Shown in pieces: positions 20,726 through 30,695 of a stretch of DNA of 64,000 bases (position 1 is its first letter; every line of letters begins with the position of its first letter). Under the pieces are notes generated by a model. The model ran no database searches and had not been told where the DNA came from. It saw only the letters and a program-made list of their open reading frames with translations. The translations under genes and the position numbers were made by a program. The DNA is from Pelagomonas calceolata (lineage: Eukaryota): NCBI GenBank assembly GCA_918797485.1, contig CAKKNE010000001.1, positions 558,001 to 622,000 on the forward strand, given 5' to 3'.

Positions 20726-21251
20726 CTTACGTCGCGTCGGCTGCGCTTTGCGACGCGTATGGTGCAGGTGGTGATCTCGGGTGGCCAATGCGCCGCCACT
20801 CGCAATGCAAGCAGTGAAATCGATGCGCCCTCAGCTAAGGCTGCCAGAGGAGGGTGCGAATCAGTGAGGCCGGCCTCTGAGGTGCAGCTATACGGCCACT
20901 ACCGGCGCCGCGCCGTCGAGCTGGCATGCGCAATTCGGGTTTGCGCAGGCATCGTCGCGCGGCACCAGGCGTCTTCTTCAGAGCAGATATATGTGCGAGG
21001 AGTCCCGTAATTCAAAACAGGGCTCCTTCCTCTCGGACGGAAAAACCCGTGCCTGTCGATAATAGCTCGAGACTACACGCCATACGCGACGCAAAGCCAT
21101 CACTGGACAGCGCACGTAGCGGCATAGCACTGCCTGACAGCCATCATCGCGACAAACAAGCAATTTTGGTTCAAAACGGCTCTCCTGGCGTGAACTGAGA
21201 GCAGTGCAAGCATCTCAGTCCGCAGCACGCCATCGACGCGCATCAACACCA

Positions 21252-23123
21252 ATGGCCGACACCATGGACATCCCAAGGGAAGAGGTCCTGTTAGGACGCT
21301 GCTGCGAGTGCGGCATCGGCCTCGATCCGCGGACGCACCCGACGATGACGTGCGTCAATTGCCTGCAGGCGCGCGCGGACATCGCCGAGGGCGTCTGCCC
21401 GAATGGGCAATTATTCAAATGTAGACGGTGTCAACGGTACTGTGGGGGTGCTACTACCTATGTGGCCTGCGAGCCGGAATCCAGGGAACTCATGGCCATA
21501 TGCCTGAAGCGCGTGAGAGGCTTGAAAAGAGTTAGGGTGGCGGACGCGGCCTGGATCTGGACGGAACCCCACTCCATGAGACTGAAAGTTAGATTGACCA
21601 TCCAGAAGGAGGTAGCACCAGGAGCTATACTACAGAAGCCTTTAGATTGCGAGTTTGTGGTCCGGAATCAGCAGTGCACGGACTGCCGCCAGCAGTTCGA
21701 GAACTTCGCCTGGACGGCGGCGGTGCAGGTGCGGCAGCGCGTCAGCCACAAGCGGACCTTCTTCTACCTCGAGCAGGCGATTCTCAAGAAGAACGCGCAG
21801 GCGGCTGCGGTCAAGATCGAACAGTTCCGCGACGGGTTGGACTTCTTCTTCCGCCAGCGTAATGATGCGGTGCGCTTCGTGCAGTTCCTGAAGGATTGTG
21901 TCCCGTGCCGCGTCAAGGAGACGAAAAAACTGGTTTCCGCTGGTGCGATCTCGGCGTCCCGCGGTGCTGCGGCGCCTTCACGCCATCGACGCGACTCGTG
22001 TTCATCAGACGAGGTCGTGGGTGGTTTCTTTTTCGAGTTTGAGGCCATTCGGACCGCGTCGCGAGACCGCGATGCCCCGCGCAGATCCAAAGTCGAACCT
22101 GTTCAACCACCAGTACACGTCTCTGGTTACCTTGGCCGAGGCCTGCAAGGAGGACCTTGTGGTCGTTGACTCTAGAACAGCGTCTCGGCTCGGTTCGTTG
22201 CCGCGCTTGCTATTGGTGCGGTCCGTGAACGCGGTGGTCCGGTTAGTAGATCCGCAGACGGGTCGCATCGCGGAATTGCACACGGAGGGCTACTTCAAGG
22301 CGCCGCCGTCCGTTCGTTTCGGTGTCCTTTGTTCTTCTCATGCGGGGCACCGAGCACGCCGTCGGTGGTCGATGGCTTGCCGGTCGCCGCCTGCTCGACG
22401 CCGCGGTGCGACTACACTCCACCAGCACGCCATCGCCGCGACTCACCACAAATCACACAGGTCGCCCTCTCCGCGTCGCAGCTCGAGCCCTTCGTCGTGC
22501 TAGACGTCGAACGAGTAGAAACGCCGAAAGTAACACAACCGCCGGAGAAGAAGGCGTCTTCCAAAAAACGAAGAAGGCAGGAGGCGCCGACTGGTCCTCG
22601 AGTGATGAAGGGATTTCTGGCAGACGTGACGCTCGCGCGGGAGCGCGATTTAGGTGTCAACGACGACCAGATCACGTGTAGGACGCATCTCGGTGCGTTG
22701 CTGCGGTGCGGCGACCGCGTGCTGGGCTACGACGTGCGAGCCGCGAACTTAGCGTCGTCCGTCGACGGTCTCGGCGGAAATGAACCAGATGTGGTCTTAG
22801 TGAGGAAATGTAGAAAACAGGACCCCGACGGTCCCACACCGAAGCGCCACTGGAAATTAGATACGATGGAAGCGGATGAAGTTCACGATGAGGCGGACCA
22901 TACGGACGACCGGGAAATCTTCCTGTCGCAGCTCGAGACGGACCGCGAGATGCGGTCGCGCGTGAACCTGTATAAAGATGGAGATCACGTAGACGACGAC
23001 GACGAAGAAGGTGTTAGGTTGGAGGAGCTGCTGGACGAGATGAAGGTCGAGGACGAGGTCGAGGAGTGTGCCGAGGACTCGGTGCTGGAAGGAGTGGTGG
23101 TGCGGGGGTCGGGTAAGTCGTAG
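21252..23123 (+). CDS. NMD3: 60S ribosomal export adaptor NMD3; introns 21943-22084 and 22312-22460
   Basis: CCECG, CVNC, ESRELMAICLK, WIWTEPHSMRLKV, AAVQVRQRVSHKRTFFYLEQ, GLDFFF, RTHLGALL, PDVVLVRK. Confidence 0.95.
21943..22084 (+). other. Spliceosomal intron (GTGCGA...CGCAG)
   Basis: Removal gives KKLVSA-D-PKSNLFNHQYT, matching the conserved NMD3 segment. Confidence 0.88.
22312..22460 (+). other. Spliceosomal intron (GTTCGT...CACACAG)
   Basis: Removal gives YFKAPPS|VALSASQLEPFVVLDVE in frame. Confidence 0.85.
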
Positions 23124-23467
23124 GGTTCGTGTATTTCTTGTTTCGGATCCGTGCTTGTCTGTTGCGAGCTGTCTTTGGGAGCTGTCTTGCCTGCCTCGCG
23201 CGTCGCGGCTAGTGATTTTTTGCTCTTTTCCCCTGCAGCTTCCTGTATGTGTGAACAGAGACTCCACGGAGAGCTGATACCTTGCTTCGAAGCCTCTTCT
23301 AGCGCGGCGAAATGTGGGCTGGCGGCGGCCTCGAGCTGACTCGAAGCCGGTCTATATCCAGCTGTCTGGGTGCGAAAGGCATTGATAGCAGGTGCAAAGT
23401 CGTCTGACACCATCAGCTACACCTCAACGCACTACGTACCAATTTGCGCCAGCAAAAACAAGCAAAA

Positions 23468-24502
23468 ATGACGTCAATTAGGAGAACAGCCGTGGCGGCG
23501 CTGCTCCTTGCCACCACGACCGCATTCGTGAGCAAACCCGTTTCCAAACCCCAGTTGCGCCCCGCACGCCAGCCGACGCGCGTCGCACCAAGCGCAGCCC
23601 TGCCGCAAGTGGTCGCCACCGCGGTCGCCGCGATTCCGAAGGCGGTATGCGCGCTGAAGCTGCCGACCATCAGACAACTGGCCGCGGCGCCCGCCCTCTA
23701 CGCGCTGATGTCGATCAACGAGTATTTTACCCATAAATACTACCAGCACGCGGAGTTCAACACGAGCCCGTGGTTCCAATGGTTGGCCCGGACGTTTGTC
23801 TACGGCCCCCTCGGCAAGAAAGTCCCGAAGACGCGGGGCGGCGGCCACGTCGAGCACCACGCCGAGACCTTAGATGACATGACGCTCAAGACCGACGCGA
23901 AGTGGCGATCCACGAAGGTCGCGAAGTCGCTCGACGATGATTTGTACCGAGGCACGGCCTTCACGTGGACGGTGACGGGCATCATGACCTTCCAGATGCT
24001 CTGGACGACGATCCCGACTTTTTGGTTGATGGGTTATAAACTAAAGCACACGTTCATGTGCCTCGCGCCCGGGATGCTGTTGCACGCGGCGGTCTGGAAC
24101 GCCTTACATCCGAACATGCATTCGTTGCCGGACATCCCCATCTCCGACGGCGTGCCGTCGTCGTGGCTCGCCTGGGCGCGGTCGTCGCGGTTCTTCAAAT
24201 TCCTGTACGTGAATCATGAAGGGCACCACGTCATCGGCGGCAAGGGCAACTACAACGTGTGCTGCCCGCTCACCGATCATTTAGTGGGCACGTTCATCCC
24301 CGAGGCGCAGTGGCGGCCGCGCGCGCGCTCTACTTATGCTTCTTGGCACGGCGAGGAATTGAGTGTTGAACAGCAGATCAAAAATCACGTCGCGCGCGAA
24401 TCTTTTGGTTTGGGCGAGGTGAAGATTGCGCCAGGGGCCAAGAAGGGCGACGGAGGCGGCGCAGAGGGCTGGGTCGAGAAAGCCGAGGTCGTCCTCGCGT
24501 AG
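23468..24502 (+). CDS. Plastid-targeted His-box membrane di-iron enzyme (fatty-acid hydroxylase/carotenoid hydroxylase superfamily)
   Basis: Signal peptide ending TTAF-V; His boxes EYFTHKYYQH, HVEHH, LHPNMH, NHEGHH; NYNVCCPLTD. Confidence 0.75.
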   Translation: MTSIRRTAVAALLLATTTAFVSKPVSKPQLRPARQPTRVAPSAALPQVVATAVAAIPKAVCALKLPTIRQLAAAPALYALMSINEYFTHKYYQHAEFNTSPWFQWLARTFVYGPLGKKVPKTRGGGHVEHHAETLDDMTLKTDAKWRSTKVAKSLDDDLYRGTAFTWTVTGIMTFQMLWTTIPTFWLMGYKLKHTFMCLAPGMLLHAAVWNALHPNMHSLPDIPISDGVPSSWLAWARSSRFFKFLYVNHEGHHVIGGKGNYNVCCPLTDHLVGTFIPEAQWRPRARSTYASWHGEELSVEQQIKNHVARESFGLGEVKIAPGAKKGDGGGAEGWVEKAEVVLA

Positions 24503-25207
24503 CTGCCGATCGTTCGTTACTGTTTGTCTAAATATCTTTCGACTATAGTTGCTCGATGTCGAAGCTCTCCGCGGCCCCGGCCGCCTACTACTCTTTCTAC
24601 TCCCCGCGAAGGCGTCGGCCGGGACCCGAATTTGCCAGGCAAACAGGCAGGGCAAACGCTTTGATCTGCGGGACAGTGCGCATCGCGACTCGAACAAAGC
24701 TCGCTCCCGCGTCCGCCGTCGACTTTGCAAGGACTTCATCTACACACACTTGCAATCGCAACCTTCAAACGCGTTTTGCGGCGGAGTTCGAGTGGGCTGG
24801 CCTCGCTTTGGTGCAGCGCGCAAAGGCGCTCGTGGCTCGAGTGAGCTATCCTCGCGCGTCTCGGCCCCGCGGATATCGCTCGATCGCGAGGGAGAGCTGA
24901 GCGCGCCCACGATCGTCCCACAATTAAGAACGCTGCAACGACGCGTCACGCGTCGACGACTCGACGCCGCGTCAGGACCGCGACCCGTCGGACCCTCTGA
25001 TCGGCACCTACCCGCAGATTATCGTCTGCCGACCTTCTCGCCGCAACTTGCGCGGCGCCAAGGCCTAGACGAGCAGCCCGGCGGTGACACTTCCCACGCC
25101 GTCGATCTCTCTTCTTCTCTCTTCCCTTCCACGCGAAACTCCCGCCCTCCACGACCTCTTTTCTTTCCCCACGCGCCTTTTCATAACGAACAACACTTAC
25201 ACCACTA

Positions 25208-27558
25208 CTAGTACGCAGCCGCCCACCGCGTCGTTGCCATGGGAGACGTCACAAGCGAAAGCCCGATCGAAGCATACGAGAACGCGTCCACCTTGACGGG
25301 TAGTACAATCTCAAAAAGCGACGCCGCGGGATCCGGGCCGACAACGAAGCGCGCCATTGATGCCGGGAGCGGCCTCGACGTCGCGGCGGCGGCGTCGGCG
25401 TTGAGCACGGACGCCACGACGGTGGCGCCCGGCGCGAGGCCCGCGTAGTACAGCGAAACGGTGATATTGTCCGCGATCCCTCGCGACGTCGGATTCACGA
25501 GCCCAACAATCGCTCGCAGCGGCTCCGACGGGTCCGCAGTCACGTGTGCCACGGCCTCCAAGAATCGCGCGGTCGGCCGCCGCAGGTGGAGCATTCTACC
25601 CATGCCGAGCAGCCGCGTCCGATGCGCTCGGAAGAAGCCCGTCCAGCGCGTCACCGAGGCCTCGAGCGCCGCCGCGTCTTTATGGAGGGGATCCCACAGC
25701 TGGACGGCGTGGAAGAACGGCTGCGTCCCGAAGAGGTAGAACCCGCCCAGCACGAAATCCACGCATCTCACGAGATCCGCCTGCAGCGGGTCGTCCGTGC
25801 ATCTTCCCACCAAATCATCCACCGTATATTGCCCAGAAGTCGGCACGCGGTCGAACGTCGAGTCGTAGGCGTACATGCGTCCCAGCGTCGACCACTCGAC
25901 GACGTTGTCTATGTGGAAAATGGCCTCGTCCGTGTCGGCCGCGTTCCAGCGGTTGGCCCCGGAAAAGACGTAGGCGTCCGCGCCCGTCTGGTAGAGCCCG
26001 CGCGCCTTCAGTTGATTGTTAAAACGCTGCGTCGCCTTGAGCTGCGCGTCGAAGCTGTTCGCGACGCCGTGGTGGGAATGCGTTGGATCACTACAACTCG
26101 CCCCTTCGAACTGGCCGTCCGTCTCGACGCCGTAGAAGCCCACCTTCGCCGCAAACGCCAAAACGCGCTGGCGATACGACGCGTGCCAGTCCGTCGCGAA
26201 GCAGGCCGTCGGGCCGCGCGAGCCGTCCCGGTTCAGAATTTTGGCATCTTCCGGAATGGGGTCCATGCCCCAGCCGTTGCCCTGCATCAAGGTATAGGCG
26301 GACAACTCTATGTTTTTGGAGCGAGCGTAGCGCACTTCATTCGCGAGCCACGCCGTGAAATTCGCGTCCTCCGTTTGTGCCGAGCAAAAAGCACACCAAC
26401 CCTCGGCACCAAAACCAATGATGCCGAGCTCGTGGCCCGTCTTTGCGGCTTGATCCACGATGCGTCGCAAAGCTGAGAGGTCGGACAACATAAAATTCAC
26501 GGGGGCCTCGGCGAGCTGCGGCGCGAGCGCCTGCGGGGAAACGAACCCGTGAGGAGGTCGCGTCGATGGCGTGGGGCGCCGGCGCTCGCCTTGAGGGTCT
26601 CGCGCACGCCGAGGCCCTGGCGTTCACTCTCGTCCGAATCGTGGAGCACGACCCGCAGCGACGACGAGCTCCTCGACGACCCGGGCGCGAGGACCCAGCC
26701 CGGGCCTGTGCCCCCCCCGAAGCGCACGTCCCGCGTGTACCCGGCCACAAGGTATGTATAAGCCGTGTGGGGCACATGTAATTGTGTATCGTCGCAGCAC
26801 TGGTCGTAGTGGGGGTCGGCGTACCAGTACCGCGGCGACTCCTGGAGGAGCGACTTCGGCACGGCGGGCACCTGCTGGTCATTTGGCACTGGTGCGTTGT
26901 TCCAGTGCTCGGCCAGCGCCGTGATTCTTTGGGGTGAGAAGTTTTGCGCTCTGAACAACTCCACGACGAGCGAATCGACAGTTATTGTATCAGAGCCGTC
27001 GTTTCGAATCGAGACTAGCTTCCGATACGCTGGCACGCCGTCGTACATCTCGTAGTGGACGAAGACGCGCACATTCTGTAAAGAAGCGTGCGCGAACTCG
27101 ACGGTTAAGCGGAGTCCTTTCGGCGGCCACGGTATCGATGGCGCGCCGGACCGCGCGCGCCATTCAAAACCTTTGGACGGTTTCGAGAGCGTGTAGTTGC
27201 GGTAGGCGAACGCATCCGGGTCCTTCGCGAGCGGCCAGCGCTCGGCGTACCAGAACTCGTAGTGGTTCTCCGGCTGGCCGAGGCAGCCACCGATATTAAA
27301 CCGCTGGCCGTTTATCGTAAGATTCGCTTCCGGTGACAGCGCCCGGAAGAAGGACCGGTCGCCCCGTCTCAGGTCGGTCGTGCAGAAGTAGCCTCCCGGC
27401 TGCGCCGCGAAGGCGCGCTCGATCAGCCCGTTCGTGAGCCTGAGACCGCTCGCAGTTTTGAGCAGTCGCGTTTTCGAGTCCTGTCTGTGCACGAGCCAGT
27501 CCTTTTGCTGCGAGACCGCGGCGGCGGTCGCGAGGAGTGCTGCGATGCGGAGCATCAT
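25208..27558 (-). CDS. Secreted glycoside hydrolase, alpha-galactosidase (GH36-like, bacterial-type); GC-AG intron 26531-26589
   Basis: Signal peptide; KDWLV, LTNGLIER.F, RALSPEA, WPPKG, VHYEMYDG; IDQAA..G.E..I.GFG-like TIM barrel region; GVETDG. Confidence 0.65.
26531..26589 (-). other. Non-canonical GC-AG intron (AAG|GCGAGC...CCCCGCAG|GCG)
   Basis: Removal joins ETLK|ALAPQLAEAPVNFM in frame with ORF 25208..26500. Confidence 0.8.
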
Positions 27559-28202
27559 CCTGTCTGTGCAGCACTGCGTACGCGCGCGGCACTGCTCAAG
27601 CCAGTGCTTGTAGTTATTGGAAATGCGCGACGACGGCGTGGCACAAACGAACACAGTGCTGTGGCTATTGTGTTGTAGCGCGGCGACGGCGCGTGAGCGC
27701 AAACTGACACCAGCACGAGGTAAAGCGATTAAAAATAGAATATATCCGAGCACGCGAGCACAGATAGCGGCTTATACGGCTCAATTTGCGCCGATTCCGG
27801 TTTGCTGGTAAAACCCGTTTTCCGAGCCCAAAAAAGGAAGCTGCGCCCCGAGGACTTCTATCACGCGTAGAGAGGAGCTCGGGGACGCTACGGGGCCGTA
27901 GCATCGCGGCCAGGGCTAGGTGTTTTTTGTGTTTTGGGCTGCCCAACCGGCCGCGCCGCGCAGGGCCTAAACCGCCCGCAGAGCCACCGGGGCTGCCTCG
28001 CGGAAGCGCAGGCGGCTTGGTACAAACCAGCACTCGTCGACGTCGAGCGCCGCGCCTCGCGCCGCCCACCGTGCTGTGTGGAAGGCCGCTCCAGAGGAAC
28101 CGGTGAAAGCTGGACTCCTACCCGTCCTTCGGCCAGGAGGAGCACGCGGAAACCAAGGACTTCCTACGGAAGCAGATCGCCCAGTACGAAGCGAGTCTAA
28201 AA

Positions 28203-30530
28203 ATGGACGCGAACGAGGACCTCTACAGCGATTACGACTACGACATCGGCGGCTTCGGGAGCGCCCCGTCGAGCAACCCCTTCCAGCCGAAGACGCCGGG
28301 CTTCCCGGCGTCGCGCATGGGCACCGCCAGTCGTTTAAGGACGGCGGGAGGTACGGAAGTCCGGCCGATGACCTCAACAACAGGTTCAGGCTTCTCGAGC
28401 AAACCTGGTTCTTCACTGGGAAGGCCGGCGAACTTCGATCCCTTGAATCAGGGGAGAGGGCCCGCGCCTCCTCTCGCGAAGCGCGAAGATAACAGCGCGG
28501 AGGACAAGGCGCGCGAATACGAAAAACAAGTTCATGCGCTAGTGGAGGCCTCGGCCGATCTAGCTCTGAAGGGTGATGCGGACGGCGCCCTGGAGAAAGC
28601 TAAAGATGCGGGCAAGCGGGAACGAGCGCTCTGCAAGCACCGCGAAGCGAACGGACTCGTGGATCAGATCAACATTGATTTGACGTATGCCGTATGTTTT
28701 AACTTGGCGCACGCGTATCATGGGGCCCGGATGCATGATGAAGCACTACACACTTATTCGTTGTTGGTTAAAAATAAACAGTATCCCCAATCAGGAAGAC
28801 TACGCGTGAACATGGGCAACATCTACTTCGAGCAGCAGAAGTACCAGACGGCCATCAAGATGTACCGCATGGCGCTGGACCAGATCCCGAACACGGGGAA
28901 GCACATTCGGTTCAAGATTTTTCGGAATATTGGGAACGCGTTCGTGAAGTTGGGGCAGTTTTCGGACGCGGTGCAGTCGTACGAGACGATCATGGGCGGC
29001 GACCCGGACTTCCACACGGGCTTTAACTTGATACTATGCTACTATGCATTGGGTGATGCCGAAAAGATGCGCCGCGGCTTCCAAAAATTAATTTCGATAC
29101 CTCTGGAGGCGAACGACGACGATGCCGACGACTTGGACCGGGCGCTAGGGTCGGAAAGCAAGGAGGAGTTCAAGGAAGAAACGAAGCACGACAAGGAGAC
29201 GGCGGCCGCGAAGGATGGACTAAGGCATGAACTCCTCAAAAGGGAGAAGGAAGCGCGGACGTACATGCTGACTGCAGCTAGACTGATCGCGCCCGAACTG
29301 AGAATTGACGGCGACGACAGCAAGATGGCGGGCTACCAGTTCTGCATCGAGAGTCTCAAGCAGGACCACGAGTCCGTGTCGTCGGAAATGGAAATTGAAA
29401 GGGCTCTCAAATATATGAGGGTCAAGGAGTTCGGGAAGGCCATCGAAGCGTTAAAGGCCTTTGAGAAGCGGGACCAGCACTTGAAGGCCATGGCGGCGAC
29501 GAATTTGAGTTTTATCTACTTCCTGGAGGGCGACATCCGGAGCGCGGACAAGTACGCGGATTTGGCGTATGAACATGATAGGTACAACGCGCGAGCGCTC
29601 GTGAACAAGGGCAACTGTCTGGCCGTGCGCGGTGATTATGATACGGCGAAACAGTTCTACCTGGAAGCGATCGGGGTCGAGGCCGACTGCGTCGAGGCCA
29701 TCTACGACCTTGGGTTAGTGAATCTCAAAATGGAGCTCTGGGCCGAGGCGCTCCAGGCCTTCGAGAAGCTGCATCAGGTCGTGCCGAACAACGCGGAGGT
29801 CATTTACCAGATCGCGGCGCTCCATGAAGCCCAGGGCCAGGTCGACGTGGCTCTCAAATGGTACAACATCCTGATCACGCGCGTGCCGTCCGATCCAGGA
29901 GTACTGTTGAGGATGGGCCAGTTGTGTAATCGCAATGATGATGAAGCGCAGGCTTTTCATTTTCATCTTGAATCGTACAGACATTATCCCGTGTCCCTGG
30001 ACGTCATCAGTTGGCTGGGGGTCTGGTACGTCAAGTCCGAAATGTACGAAAAAGCTATTCATTTTTTTGAACGAGCCGCCCAGATCCAGCCGAAGGAGGT
30101 GAAGTGGAGGTTGATGGTCACGAGTTGTTATCGGAGGATGGGCAACTACCAGCGCGCCTTGGAGCTCTACGAAAAGGTCCACGCGGAACATCCCGAAAAT
30201 GCGGAGTGCTTGCGCTACCTGGTCGCCATCTGCAAGGACCTGGGCCAGCCCTGCGACCACTACCAGGCGAAGCTGTCGCGATTGGACCAACGGACGCAAC
30301 AGCAGTCGCAAGGGCAGCTCACAAGGGCCGCGCCGCAACGGGATCGAACGCCGCCGCGACCGTACTCGCCCGAAAGGCGCGCGTCGCCGCCCCAACAACA
30401 ACACCTAGCAGCACCTAAAGCAAGGGGTTTGGCCGACCAGAACCCGGAGCGGCCGCGGACGGCGGCTAAAAGACCGGACGAGGACGAGTTCGACGACGCG
30501 GACGTCGGCGAGATGCTGCCGGGCATGTAG
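28203..30530 (+). CDS. IFT88: Intraflagellar transport protein 88
   Basis: RPMTS, GRLRVNMGNIY, AIKMYRMALDQIP, AATNLSFIYFLE, DRYNARALVNKGN, VKWRLMVTSCYRRMGNYQ. Confidence 0.97.
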   Translation: MDANEDLYSDYDYDIGGFGSAPSSNPFQPKTPGFPASRMGTASRLRTAGGTEVRPMTSTTGSGFSSKPGSSLGRPANFDPLNQGRGPAPPLAKREDNSAEDKAREYEKQVHALVEASADLALKGDADGALEKAKDAGKRERALCKHREANGLVDQINIDLTYAVCFNLAHAYHGARMHDEALHTYSLLVKNKQYPQSGRLRVNMGNIYFEQQKYQTAIKMYRMALDQIPNTGKHIRFKIFRNIGNAFVKLGQFSDAVQSYETIMGGDPDFHTGFNLILCYYALGDAEKMRRGFQKLISIPLEANDDDADDLDRALGSESKEEFKEETKHDKETAAAKDGLRHELLKREKEARTYMLTAARLIAPELRIDGDDSKMAGYQFCIESLKQDHESVSSEMEIERALKYMRVKEFGKAIEALKAFEKRDQHLKAMAATNLSFIYFLEGDIRSADKYADLAYEHDRYNARALVNKGNCLAVRGDYDTAKQFYLEAIGVEADCVEAIYDLGLVNLKMELWAEALQAFEKLHQVVPNNAEVIYQIAALHEAQGQVDVALKWYNILITRVPSDPGVLLRMGQLCNRNDDEAQAFHFHLESYRHYPVSLDVISWLGVWYVKSEMYEKAIHFFERAAQIQPKEVKWRLMVTSCYRRMGNYQRALELYEKVHAEHPENAECLRYLVAICKDLGQPCDHYQAKLSRLDQRTQQQSQGQLTRAAPQRDRTPPRPYSPERRASPPQQQHLAAPKARGLADQNPERPRTAAKRPDEDEFDDADVGEMLPGM

Positions 30531-30695
30531 GTCTTCCCATCCCTGGACTAAATCACAACAGACTTACACTGCTATTTTTGCAGAGCTTCGCGTCGGCGGG
30601 GCGTTGGTCGGGGTACATTCTAGGGGTACATCCCGTCAGGGTGAGGCCGAGCTCGTGGCCGAGCACGTGGCAAACTCGTCCGTGCAGCCCTGGAG

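Noticed and set aside
24549..25211. 220-aa ORF or ncRNA in the long convergent intergenic region
   Set aside because: Non-ATG start, no motifs and no recognisable RNA family; only a short repeat-like palindrome near 24940.
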